Virus record (IMG/VR): IMGVR_UViG_2648501461_000010
Coordinates: 1-30,723 of that record
Source: a virus
Taxonomy: Duplodnaviria; Heunggongvirae; Uroviricota; Caudoviricetes
Strand: one strand, 5' to 3'
DNA: 30,723 nt
A program made the translations under genes and the position numbers. Numbering within the stretch: position 1 is the first letter of the stretch; every line of letters begins with the position of its first letter. The notes beneath the pieces were generated by a model. It was not told where the DNA came from, searched no databases, and saw nothing but the letters and a program-made list of their open reading frames with translations. Below, one piece after another: positions 1 to 7,387 of the stretch.

Positions 1-143
1 TTTGTTTTACCTCATTACAGATTTAAGGGTGAACAAATCCCTGCCATTGCTGGCATAAATTCATGGTTAATTTGTGTTTTATAAGTTTTGTGGTTTATCC
101 AGTCATAACGGAAATATAATCTGATCCCGCATTTAATTGCCCG

Positions 144-365
144 TCACCATGATTCCGCTTTTGCGGGCAATCCGTCACGACCGAGGAAGACCTTAATCAT
201 GGTGTCCTTAATGCAATGCTGAGTGCAAAGCCCCCGGATATAAAGTCGGTGTTTTTTAATTTCATTGACAGATGCAACATATGTTCTTCCCTGATACATA
301 ACGTAATCGCCGGGAGTGACGCACTGGCGTGGTATTTCATCGGTTCCGAAGTGATGAGCAATCAT
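144..365 (-). CDS. hypothetical small protein (73 aa) downstream of the Rha gene
   Basis: Intact ORF with a canonical RBS (AAGGAG, 6-nt spacer) before the ATG on the minus strand; no family recognised. Confidence 0.5.
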   Translation of the reverse strand: MIAHHFGTDEIPRQCVTPGDYVMYQGRTYVASVNEIKKHRLYIRGLCTQHCIKDTMIKVFLGRDGLPAKAESW

Positions 366-410
366 AATAATCTCCTTAATAATTTGTGATATGAAGGAAA
401 TTCCAGAAAA

Positions 411-1259
411 CTATTTAATACTCAGCAACTGCTCGACGGTCATATTTTTAATTGCGCCCCGGTTTATGAGAGTCCATCCCTGCTTTTCCAGATAAAAACG
501 GAAAGTATCCAGAGTACAGACCAGTGCGCCATCAGGAACGGTTTCGGTGAATTTGATGTAGCCGTGTTCGTCGAAGCGGATAACCAGGGTTCGGTCATCA
601 CCCGGGATTATTTTGTCAGCGGGTGTGGTGTTATTCCGGCGCAGTTCTTCCTCCATGCGGTCGAACTCGGCAATGTAGGCTTCCTTGAATGCAGCGGCCT
701 TTTTGCCGGTGAAGCCCATCACCAGGAAAACGAAGCCGTTTTTGGTGATTTGGTAGGCATTGTAGGTATTGCCACGGTGCTCGAATTTAACCCGCGAAAA
801 GTTGCTGGTTAAAAAGCGTTCAGAACATTCGAGGGCCTCTATTTTTTGAACAACATGGTGATGCTGCTTGCCGAAGAATTCTGCGATCGCAATAGACGTA
901 GTGACTGCGCGACCATTTTCAATGGTTACGTCAGGGTGAGAAAGGGTAAGGGTAGTAGCCATGATGGCATCCTCAAGTGTTAAGTTAATTAACTCACCAC
1001 CGAGGCTTTCCACGACCATAAGGGTGGCGAGACGTACAGGGGTGGAAATACCGGTCACTCGAGAACCCGGCCAGCCTTGCAGCTGCCCTGCACGCCCCAC
1101 CATTATCTGAATGTGGCTGTGCTTAACGCATAAAAAAACCGCTTCGGCGCGGTTATGCGCTCGAGTAACTTTCGGGTTTCCACGCCCGGCACCCGGTTTA
1201 TGAGGTGCAGGTGCACTATAATTCCACCCGTACTGGTTTTCAATAGCTACATTCAACAT
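411..1259 (-). CDS. Rha-family phage regulatory protein
   Basis: Central segment (VTTSIAIAEFFGKQHHHVVQKIE...GNTYNAYQITKNGFVFLVMGFTGKKAAAFKEAYIAEFDRMEE) fits the Rha domain. An internal ATG at 962 has a good RBS (GAGGA, 7-nt spacer) and would start the protein just before the Rha domain, so the true start may be 962 rather than 1259. Confidence 0.6.
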   Translation of the reverse strand: MLNVAIENQYGWNYSAPAPHKPGAGRGNPKVTRAHNRAEAVFLCVKHSHIQIMVGRAGQLQGWPGSRVTGISTPVRLATLMVVESLGGELINLTLEDAIMATTLTLSHPDVTIENGRAVTTSIAIAEFFGKQHHHVVQKIEALECSERFLTSNFSRVKFEHRGNTYNAYQITKNGFVFLVMGFTGKKAAAFKEAYIAEFDRMEEELRRNNTTPADKIIPGDDRTLVIRFDEHGYIKFTETVPDGALVCTLDTFRFYLEKQGWTLINRGAIKNMTVEQLLSIK

Positions 1260-1437
1260 TTTCTCTTACCTTTCATCACCGAAGTGAACTTTGTTGATGC
1301 GGTGTCTGGTGCCTCCAGGTGACGTTAACCAGTTAACAATTAACGCCGGATACAGAGAATCCACCCATAACACTGTTTTTGGTTTTAACTGTTCCGCGTG
1401 CGCTCAGCCGCATTCACCGCATCACAAAATTCACTTT

Positions 1438-1495
1438 AAAAAGGGCGGCAGAGCAGTCACGGAGTAAAACTGATACCGCCAAACGTCACCAGAAA
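1438..1495 (-). ncRNA. dicF: DicF-like small RNA (cell-division inhibitor sRNA of Qin/Rac-type prophages)
   Basis: Minus-strand sequence UUUCUGGUGACGUUUGGCGGUAUCAGUUUUACUCCGUGACUGCUCUGCCGCCCUUUUU matches my recollection of E. coli DicF, including the 3' GC stem plus U-run; it lies downstream of a ydfA-like leftward operon as in Qin. Identification is from memory, not a search. Confidence 0.55.
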
Positions 1496-1826
1496 ATTGA
1501 TAACAGAGGGCGTTGCAGCGGGGTTGTCACTTAAGCGTATGGTCAACCTGACAACCCGGTGTCCTCAACGGGGAAGGAATAACCCCGCCATACTTACCGC
1601 CGCGCCATTTCGCGGATTGCCACAACCGGAAGCGCACGGTCGAACTAAATTTAACGACACCGTACAGAGAGACCAATTTCGCCGTGCGCTTTCGCGTTAT
1701 GCCCTGACTTTTCAGGGACATATCCTTTCAGTAAACTGTCAGTGCCGGATTCTCACCCGTGTCCGGCGCACGCACTCCATCTGACCCGTGGAGAACTCCT
1801 TAATTACCAACCCTCAGGAGGGTGAA

Positions 1827-2048
1827 ATGACTAGTAAAAATGTAAATATCCAGTTTAACCACGATGTTTCTCCTGCTGGACTTGCGGATGAACTCACTGC
1901 TATAAAAACGGCAATTATGCTACTTGCTGCTAAGTTGCCAGCAGCATCACAACCATCAGATATTTGTGACTCATTACGTAAGATGAATTCAACAAAATGC
2001 AACGAGATGGCATCACTTATTGAAATAGCTATTGATTTTAATGATTAA
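1827..2048 (+). CDS. hypothetical protein (73 aa), convergent with the leftward early operon
   Basis: ATG at 1827 preceded by a strong RBS (AGGAGG, 5-nt spacer); AT-rich codon usage; the 3' end overlaps the 3' end of the minus-strand gene 2038..2412 by about 10 nt. Confidence 0.4.
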   Translation: MTSKNVNIQFNHDVSPAGLADELTAIKTAIMLLAAKLPAASQPSDICDSLRKMNSTKCNEMASLIEIAIDFND

Positions 2049-2412
2049 TCGAAATCTCATGGCTAACTGTAACACTCCCGTCTGTGGCGGGATGCTTTAA
2101 ATCACAGGAATTAATGCTTCTTGTTGCGAAGTAATTTTCAAGGGGGTTCATTCGAATCCCTTTCTGTTTCATTAACAAGCCAAATCCCTTATCAATGATG
2201 TCCATTAATTCCAAGAAGTATTTTTTATGTAAATCCTGGTTATCAGAGAGTTGCTTCTCTTCGTACAGTCCGATAAAGGCACGACGCACGTTACCGGATA
2301 TATTATCGATGGTTTCTTTTTCTACGATACTCAGGTCAAGAGTCGCCAGTTGGGAACGAACTATATTCGCTGCCATTTCCTGGAATTGCATTGGTAAATC
2401 TTTAAATTCCAT
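2038..2412 (-). CDS. hypothetical early-left operon protein (about 124 aa)
   Basis: ORF directly following the ydfA-like gene on the minus strand; preferred start is the ATG at 2412 (GAGG 6 nt upstream) rather than 2424; no family recognised. Confidence 0.5.
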   Translation of the reverse strand: MEFKDLPMQFQEMAANIVRSQLATLDLSIVEKETIDNISGNVRRAFIGLYEEKQLSDNQDLHKKYFLELMDIIDKGFGLLMKQKGIRMNPLENYFATRSINSCDLKHPATDGSVTVSHEISINH

Positions 2413-2423
2413 CGTCAACCTCA

Positions 2424-2576
2424 TCAGTCAGTGTTTCTGGTTAACCAGCGACGCGCGCCAGCTTCCGTTTTAAACGTTTTGCTTCTGGTATACGTCATCG
2501 CGGTAAACGTTCCGTCCAGGTTGGGGAATACTCCACATACCAGAGATTCGTTGTTGCCAAGCTCGATAGTATCCAT
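2424..2576 (-). CDS. YdfA/YdaF-like small protein (DUF1391-like), first gene of the leftward early operon
   Basis: MDTIELGNNESLVCGVFPNLDGTFTAMTYTRSKTFKTEAGARRWLTRN resembles short YdfA/YdaF proteins of Qin/Rac prophages (from memory). Start chosen at the internal ATG 2576 with GAGG RBS; the longer frame to 2654 is probably leader. The stop overlaps the next gene's first candidate ATG by 1 nt. Confidence 0.5.
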   Translation of the reverse strand: MDTIELGNNESLVCGVFPNLDGTFTAMTYTRSKTFKTEAGARRWLTRNTD

Positions 2577-2757
2577 GCTGACCTCATTTCCCCTTAACGC
2601 CGGGGGAGCGGAACAAAAACCTGCTGCATAGTTAAAGTTGAACCCTGCCGTCATGTTCTTACGCCTCGGGCTGGCTACTTAACCCCTGACCACTGCCGGG
2701 TAACTCGAAGTATTGCCCTGCGTTCTGTGGGGCGGGGTGGGTAGTGGAAATAATCTA

Positions 2758-2795
2758 CAATTAAAAACTGTTTTGTGTCAACAGTTTTTAATTGT
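2758..2795. promoter_or_regulatory. candidate left operator (OL-like) palindrome
   Basis: Perfect 16-bp inverted repeat ACAATTAAAAACTGTT / AACAGTTTTTAATTGT with a 6-bp spacer, placed between the terminator of the repressor-TA operon and the leftward early gene; near-identical to the palindrome between the repressor and cro-like genes. Confidence 0.45.
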
Positions 2796-2805
2796 TGTGT
2801 TGGGC

Positions 2806-2830
2806 AAAAAAACTCCCTCGAATGAGGGAG
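2806..2830 (-). terminator. rho-independent terminator of the repressor/toxin-antitoxin operon
   Basis: On the minus strand, stem CTCCCTC / GAGGGAG with a 4-nt loop followed by a 7-U run, 18 nt downstream of the toxin stop. Confidence 0.55.
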
Positions 2831-2847
2831 TGTGAAAATTGTTCAGT

Positions 2848-3135
2848 TCAGATAGGGAAGGGAAATTGTCGGCGGGCATGCACAATATTTGCAATTTCAA
2901 TGCTTGAAGTTGCTACTCGGTACAAAACGATATAATTAGGGTGAACCACAATTTCCCGCAAACCGGATACTCGATCACTTGGCGGATATAGATATGGATG
3001 CTCAGAGAGGGCTAAAACAGACGTTTCAATCCGTATTTTTAGTCTGCGTGCTGCAGGAATATTTTCCTTAGCAATATAGGCTACGATCTGACGCAAATCA
3101 TCGCGAGCAGATGGTAGCCACAAAATGGGTAACAT
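2848..3135 (-). CDS. type II toxin, RelE/ParE family
   Basis: 95-aa protein with the typical ParE/RelE pattern (RDDLRQIVAYIA...REIVVHPNYIVLYRV...EIANIVHARR); its start overlaps the upstream antitoxin stop by 1 nt (TAATG). Confidence 0.75.
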   Translation of the reverse strand: MLPILWLPSARDDLRQIVAYIAKENIPAARRLKIRIETSVLALSEHPYLYPPSDRVSGLREIVVHPNYIVLYRVATSSIEIANIVHARRQFPFPI

Positions 3136-3326
3136 TACTCGCTCCTGTTAGTTACAGCAATTTGAGCAATAAGATTCTCCATTTCAGCCATTACCTCATC
3201 ATGTGGAATTGAGGGACGAGGGTCTGCAAGGCTTGACGCCACTTTAGCGCGTAACCATTCGTTGTAACTGTTTTCTTGTTCGGTAGTTTCGAATTCTGAA
3301 ACTATCGGAGAAAGGGCTGTACTCAT
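3135..3326 (-). CDS. putative antitoxin of the ParE/RelE-family toxin
   Basis: 63-aa acidic ORF immediately upstream of and translationally coupled to the toxin; GGAG RBS; begins 27 nt after the repressor stop. Assigned mainly by position and size. Confidence 0.6.
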   Translation of the reverse strand: MSTALSPIVSEFETTEQENSYNEWLRAKVASSLADPRPSIPHDEVMAEMENLIAQIAVTNRSE

Positions 3327-3353
3327 GGCATAACTCCTCTTCTTGTACTGTGG

Positions 3354-3755
3354 TCACGCCCGGCGGCTTTTTTGTGCCGCCAACCACCGGGCAATGGTTT
3401 CTTCCATTGATTTTTTCTTGTCTTTGATTTCTTGAAGCATTTTTTCTTGGTCTTCCTCTGGAAACGCACTAAAAGCCTGGAGCAGTTCGCGTTGACGAGG
3501 ACCAATTTTCATCGTGTCAGGGGTGAAAATTTGCTCCCCCTCTTCAGGAGGCAATAAAAACCAATGCAATGGATGCCCTGTAACCTCAACCAGTTTATCC
3601 AAACTTGAGGCTTTAGGTGTAGCCTTACCGCTGACCCATTGTTGAACAGTTTGTTGTGTCACACCAATTCTACGGGCAAGCTCAGCCTGGCTCCATCCAG
3701 TTTCCTGAAGAAGCTTGCTGATTCTGTACATAGATACTTCTAGGGCGTTCATCAT
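3354..3755 (-). CDS. prophage repressor, HTH XRE family (DicA/CI-like)
   Basis: N-terminal helix-turn-helix (SQAELARRIGVTQQTVQQW) and a C-terminal region resembling DicA; divergent from a Cro-like gene. The start could instead be the in-frame ATG at 3731 (MYRISKLL...). Confidence 0.8.
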   Translation of the reverse strand: MMNALEVSMYRISKLLQETGWSQAELARRIGVTQQTVQQWVSGKATPKASSLDKLVEVTGHPLHWFLLPPEEGEQIFTPDTMKIGPRQRELLQAFSAFPEEDQEKMLQEIKDKKKSMEETIARWLAAQKSRRA

Positions 3756-3791
3756 TATTCAATTTTACAGGTAAATACTGTTAAAAGCATC

Positions 3792-3830
3792 ACAATAAAA
3801 AACTGTTGATTGTGTACAGTTTTTTATTGT
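3792..3830. promoter_or_regulatory. candidate right operator (OR-like) palindrome in the repressor/cro divergent promoter region
   Basis: Perfect 15-bp inverted repeat ACAATAAAAAACTGT / ACAGTTTTTTATTGT with a 9-bp spacer in the 109-bp gap between the divergent repressor and cro-like genes. Confidence 0.5.
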
Positions 3831-3864
3831 AGGCTTTGCTTATAGTTTTTTAGAGGAGAGCAAA

Positions 3865-4137
3865 ATGCTAGATAGCACTCGCGAAAAAATTAGGCAGAAA
3901 TACACTCAAGCTGAAATAGGTCGTTATATGGGGGTCGCTCAACAGACTGTTTGGCAATGGTTTAGCTTTGACGTTCCCCCAAAGCAGGTAATTCCGTTAT
4001 GTCAGCTAATGAAGTGGGAAGTTACCCCGCATGAAATTCGCCCTGATATTTATCCTAACCCAACCGACGGTTTACCTGTTGGATTCAAGGTTAACACATC
4101 AAATGCACCGGAGCTGATTCATGAAAATCAAGCATGA
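3865..4137 (+). CDS. Cro-like HTH regulator (YdaS/DicC-like)
   Basis: 90-aa protein with an HTH (YTQAEIGRYMGVAQQTVWQW); divergent from the repressor; strong RBS GAGGAGAG; followed by a YdaT homologue as in Rac. Confidence 0.7.
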   Translation: MLDSTREKIRQKYTQAEIGRYMGVAQQTVWQWFSFDVPPKQVIPLCQLMKWEVTPHEIRPDIYPNPTDGLPVGFKVNTSNAPELIHENQA

Positions 4138-4546
4138 ACACATCCGCATGGCAATGAATGCCTGGGCGTATCCAGACGGTGAGAAAGTTCCAGCAGCTGA
4201 AATAGCCCGGACTTATTTCGAGCTGGGAATGACGTTCCCGGAACTGTATGACGACAGCCATCCGGAAGCCCTGGCTCGCAATACCCAGAAAATTTTCCGC
4301 TGGGTAGAGAAAGACACCCCTGATGCAGTTGAAAAAATTCAGGCGTTGTTACCAGCGATCGAAAAGGCAATGCCACCTTTGCTGGTGGCCAGAATGCGCA
4401 GCCACAGTTCAGCTTATTTTCGGGAGCTGGTGGAGACGCGGGAGCGACTGGTGAGAGACGCTGATGATTTTGTCGCAGTGGCAATCGCCGGTTTCAATCA
4501 GATGAACCGTGGTGGCCCGGCAGGAAATGCTGTGGCAGTACATTGA
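4121..4546 (+). CDS. ydaT: YdaT-family protein (CII-like regulator, reported toxic in Rac)
   Basis: 141-aa sequence (MKIKHEHIRMAMNAWAYPDGEKVPAAEIARTYFELGMTFPELYDDSHPEALARNTQKIFRWVEKDTPDAV...) closely matches my recollection of E. coli Rac YdaT; it overlaps the cro-like gene's 3' end. Confidence 0.75.
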   Translation: MKIKHEHIRMAMNAWAYPDGEKVPAAEIARTYFELGMTFPELYDDSHPEALARNTQKIFRWVEKDTPDAVEKIQALLPAIEKAMPPLLVARMRSHSSAYFRELVETRERLVRDADDFVAVAIAGFNQMNRGGPAGNAVAVH

Positions 4547-4617
4547 CTGACAATAGCCATATCGAATCGCTTCCGGCAACTCGTGAGTAAAAAGATTCGG
4601 TATCAGAAGAGGTGAGT

Positions 4618-5688
4618 ATGGCTAACGCCTGGCTCAGATTATGGCATGACATGCCAAATGACCCTAAGTGGCGAACAATTGCCAGGGTGTCAGGGCAGCC
4701 AATTGCAACAGTGATGGCAGTGTATATCCACCTCCTGGTGAGCGCGTCACGAAATGTCACGCGAGGTCACATTGATGTCACGACAGAAGATTTGGCAAGT
4801 GCGCTCGACGTGACAGAAGAGGTAATTGATTCAATTTTGCAGACGATGCAGGGGCGGGTACTTGATGGTGATTTAATCACTGGATGGGAAAAACGCCAGG
4901 TGCTTAAAGAGGACAACGGCAATATTTCGCAAACCGCAAAATCTCCTGCAGAGCGCAAGAGGGCGCAGCGAGAGAGGGAAAGAAAGCGGGAACAAAATGG
5001 CGATTGTCACGGCGCGTCACGAAATGTCACGCACATGTCACGACGAGTCACGACAGATAAAGATACAGATAAAGATACAGATCAAGAAGATCAAAACACT
5101 ATGGTCCATGGCGTAAAAAACGCCACGAACCAGGCAGGGGATGTTCAGACCGTCAATCTTGGTCAGCCAGCAGGCACGACACCGGAAGCCGATTCAGCGT
5201 ATGCGCTGAAAGCCGATTCGGGCGCTGTGCAGCAGGTGATGACCGCAAGGCCGGAGCAATCACACCAACTGCAGCAGCCTGAAGCCGATTCCGCCATTCA
5301 GCGGGAAGCCGATCGGGTAGTCCCGGAAAACACCGGGCAGCCTGTGGGACGAGTGGATTATCCGGATGTGTTCGAACAGGTCTGGCGGGAATACCCGTTG
5401 CGTGCTGGGGCAAACCCGAAGAAATCCGCTTTCAGTGCCTGGAAGGCCAGATTACGCGAGGGGGTGCCACCAGAGGCCATGCTGGATGGTGTGAGGCGTT
5501 ACGCAAGATACCTGGCGGCTACCGGGAAAACGGGAACGGAATTTGTTCAGCGAGCGACGACGTTTTTTGGACCGGACCGGAATTTTGAAAACCCCTGGTT
5601 GCTCCCGGTAAGCGGCACGAACAACCAGCGTTGTGTGAATCATATTTCTGAACCGGATAACGAAATTCCGCCGGGCTTCAGGGGGTAA
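4618..5688 (+). CDS. replication initiator / replisome organizer (O-like)
   Basis: N-terminus (ANAWLRLWHDMPNDPKWRTIARVSG) fits the phage replisome-organizer motif; the coding sequence contains two iteron arrays and an AT-rich tandem repeat, as lambda O contains ori. Start placed at the ATG at 4618 (RBS AGAGG); the ORF track uses the GTG at 4612. Confidence 0.65.
   Translation: MANAWLRLWHDMPNDPKWRTIARVSGQPIATVMAVYIHLLVSASRNVTRGHIDVTTEDLASALDVTEEVIDSILQTMQGRVLDGDLITGWEKRQVLKEDNGNISQTAKSPAERKRAQRERERKREQNGDCHGASRNVTHMSRRVTTDKDTDKDTDQEDQNTMVHGVKNATNQAGDVQTVNLGQPAGTTPEADSAYALKADSGAVQQVMTARPEQSHQLQQPEADSAIQREADRVVPENTGQPVGRVDYPDVFEQVWREYPLRAGANPKKSAFSAWKARLREGVPPEAMLDGVRRYARYLAATGKTGTEFVQRATTFFGPDRNFENPWLLPVSGTNNQRCVNHISEPDNEIPPGFRG
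4742..4784. repeat. iteron array 1 (GTCAC repeats) inside the initiator gene
   Basis: GTCAC at 4746, 4756, 4766 and 4777, spaced 10-11 bp; the 21-bp unit GCGCGTCACGAAATGTCACGC recurs at 5012. Confidence 0.6.
5002..5093. repeat. iteron array 2 plus AT-rich tandem repeat (candidate replication origin)
   Basis: GTCAC at 5006, 5016, 5026, 5037 and 5047 at about 10-bp (one helical turn) spacing, followed by tandem GATAAAGATACA x2 and an A-rich tract. Confidence 0.6.
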
Positions 5689-5728
5689 GTGTTAATTTCT
5701 GGTCATGAGGTAATTTTCAGGAGGGCTT

Positions 5729-6154
5729 GTGGCAAAAGTTTTTACACAAGAAGAGCGGGAAAAAATTAAAGGGCAGGTTCTTGAACTCGTACGCCAGAGT
5801 GGGCGCGAGACGTTACGACAACTGGAAGCTAAAACTGGGGCAACAAGATATCTGATGAGCGTTCTGGCCAGAGAGCTGGTTGCCAGTGGCGATGTATACA
5901 ACTCTGGTTACGGGTTATTCCCGTCTGAACAGGCGCGTAAGGACTGGCAAAATGCCCGTAAAAAGCTCTCAAGGGCAAAGCTGAATAAACCATCTGCGGT
6001 TGATCCGGACCTTATCTGGTCGTTACCAGACGGCGAAATACGCCGCTACGACAGGCGCCTGAATATAATCTGTCGCGAGTGCCGGAAGAGCGAAGCTATG
6101 CAGCGTGTACTGGCATTTTATCAAGGAAATGTTAGGTATTTTAGACGTTACTAG
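5729..6154 (+). CDS. hypothetical protein (141 aa), possibly winged-helix, downstream of the initiator
   Basis: GTG start with RBS CAGGAGGG; basic protein with no recognised family; sits where a helicase loader (P/DnaC-like) would usually be. Confidence 0.5.
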   Translation: MAKVFTQEEREKIKGQVLELVRQSGRETLRQLEAKTGATRYLMSVLARELVASGDVYNSGYGLFPSEQARKDWQNARKKLSRAKLNKPSAVDPDLIWSLPDGEIRRYDRRLNIICRECRKSEAMQRVLAFYQGNVRYFRRY

Positions 6155-6307
6155 ATTAAAGAGCATTAGTTCAGATGTGAATTGACATTTTCATGGCGCA
6201 GGGTAGAGCCAGCGTGGTTGTCCGCTTTGCGTCAAAACCAGATATTACCAGATTTAGACATATATTCCCGATAGCCCTGCTCTGATGCTACACTCTGTGC
6301 TATTTTC

Positions 6308-6994
6308 ATGACCCCAATAAAAATATTTATGACTATTGCTGATTTCAAACGGCCTAAATTGGAGCTCCCAAACGGGGCAAACAAACTACTACTGCACTCT
6401 TGCTGTGCTCCATGTTCCGGTGAAGTGATGGAGGCGCTTCAGGCCTCGGGAATCGACTACACCATCTTTTTCTACAACCCGAACATTCATCCTCAGAAAG
6501 AGTATTTAATTCGTAAGGATGAAAATATTCGCTTTGCTGAACAACACGGCGTGCCGTTTATCGATGCTGATTACGACACCGACAACTGGTTTGAACGTGC
6601 CAAAGGAATGGAATGGGAGCCTGAGAGGGGGATCCGTTGTACCATGTGTTTTGACATGCGTTTTGAGCGGACAGCGTTGTACGCTGCTGAAAATGGTTTC
6701 AGTGTGATCAGCAGTTCACTGGGCATTTCACGCTGGAAAAATATGCAGCAGGTTAACGAGTGTGGGCGGCGAGCTGTTGCGCATTATCCGGGTATGGTGT
6801 ACTGGGATTATAACTGGCGCAAGCAGGGCGGCTCGTCCCGTATGATTGAAATCAGCAAGCGCGAAAAATTCTATCAGCAGGAATATTGTGGCTGTGTGTA
6901 TTCTCTGCGCGATACCAATCTACACCGCAAATCTCAGGGGCGCCCTCTTATCAAAATTGGCCAACTCCACTACGGAAAAGAAGAGAAGGAGTGA
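6308..6994 (+). CDS. queH: epoxyqueuosine reductase QueH (DUF208 family)
   Basis: N-terminal [11 protein letters not shown] motif plus downstream conserved Cys residues and a size of about 225 aa are characteristic of QueH. Alternative start ATG at 6329. Confidence 0.75.
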   Translation: MTPIKIFMTIADFKRPKLELPNGANKLLLHSCCAPCSGEVMEALQASGIDYTIFFYNPNIHPQKEYLIRKDENIRFAEQHGVPFIDADYDTDNWFERAKGMEWEPERGIRCTMCFDMRFERTALYAAENGFSVISSSLGISRWKNMQQVNECGRRAVAHYPGMVYWDYNWRKQGGSSRMIEISKREKFYQQEYCGCVYSLRDTNLHRKSQGRPLIKIGQLHYGKEEKE

Positions 6995-7231
6995 TTTTAT
7001 GGATCACCTTTCTGATTGATTTCATATTGGCGAGGTGACGTGAGTTAAGTAGAATTGCTGCGGGTGCTTGAGGCTATCTGCCTCAGGCATGAACACCAAA
7101 AGGCAGATAGAGAAAAGCCCCAGTTAACATTACGCGTCCTGCAAGACGCTTAACATTAATCTGAGGCTCAATCCATGCTGAACACATGTAGGTTAGCCTC
7201 TTACGTGCCGAAAGGCAAGGAGAAGCAGGCT

Positions 7232-7387
7232 ATGAAGCAGCAAAAGGCGATGTTAATCGCCCTGATCGTCATCTGTTTAACCGTCATAGTGACGGCACTG
7301 GTAACGAGGAAAGACCTCTGCGAGGTACGAATCCGAACCGGCCAGACGGAGGTCGCTGTCTTCACAGCTTACGAACCTGAGGAGTAA
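7232..7387 (+). CDS. Hok/Gef-family type I toxin
   Basis: MKQQKAMLIALIVICLTVIVTALVTRKDLCEVRIRTGQTEVAVFTAYEPEE matches the Hok consensus (transmembrane helix, LTRK..LCE, EVA..AYE); RBS AAGGAGAAG; followed by the typical structured 3' end and terminator. Confidence 0.8.
   Translation: MKQQKAMLIALIVICLTVIVTALVTRKDLCEVRIRTGQTEVAVFTAYEPEE

Noticed and set aside
564-812. 82-aa plus-strand ORF
   Set aside because: Entirely antisense to the Rha gene, with no start signals.
1497-1784. Overlapping ORFs 1497..1784 (+) and 1527..1721 (-) in the gap between the Rha gene and the leftward operon
   Set aside because: No convincing RBS (the minus-strand one has a 1-nt spacer), and the region is better explained as the DicF-like sRNA precursor and regulatory DNA. 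Left open as non-coding.
2577-2654. N-terminal extension of the ydfA-like ORF
   Set aside because: The internal ATG at 2576 has a much better RBS and gives the length expected for this family; the upstream part is probably the leader from the leftward promoter.
3323-3505. Lysine/arginine-rich 60-aa ORF on the minus strand
   Set aside because: Overlaps the 3' end of the repressor gene in another frame; no RBS; composition reflects the out-of-frame reading of an A-rich stretch.
7175-7231. N-terminal extension of the hok ORF (track start 7175)
   Set aside because: The Hok consensus and a good RBS begin at 7232; the extension is in the same frame rather than an overlapping mok frame, so it is treated as leader.
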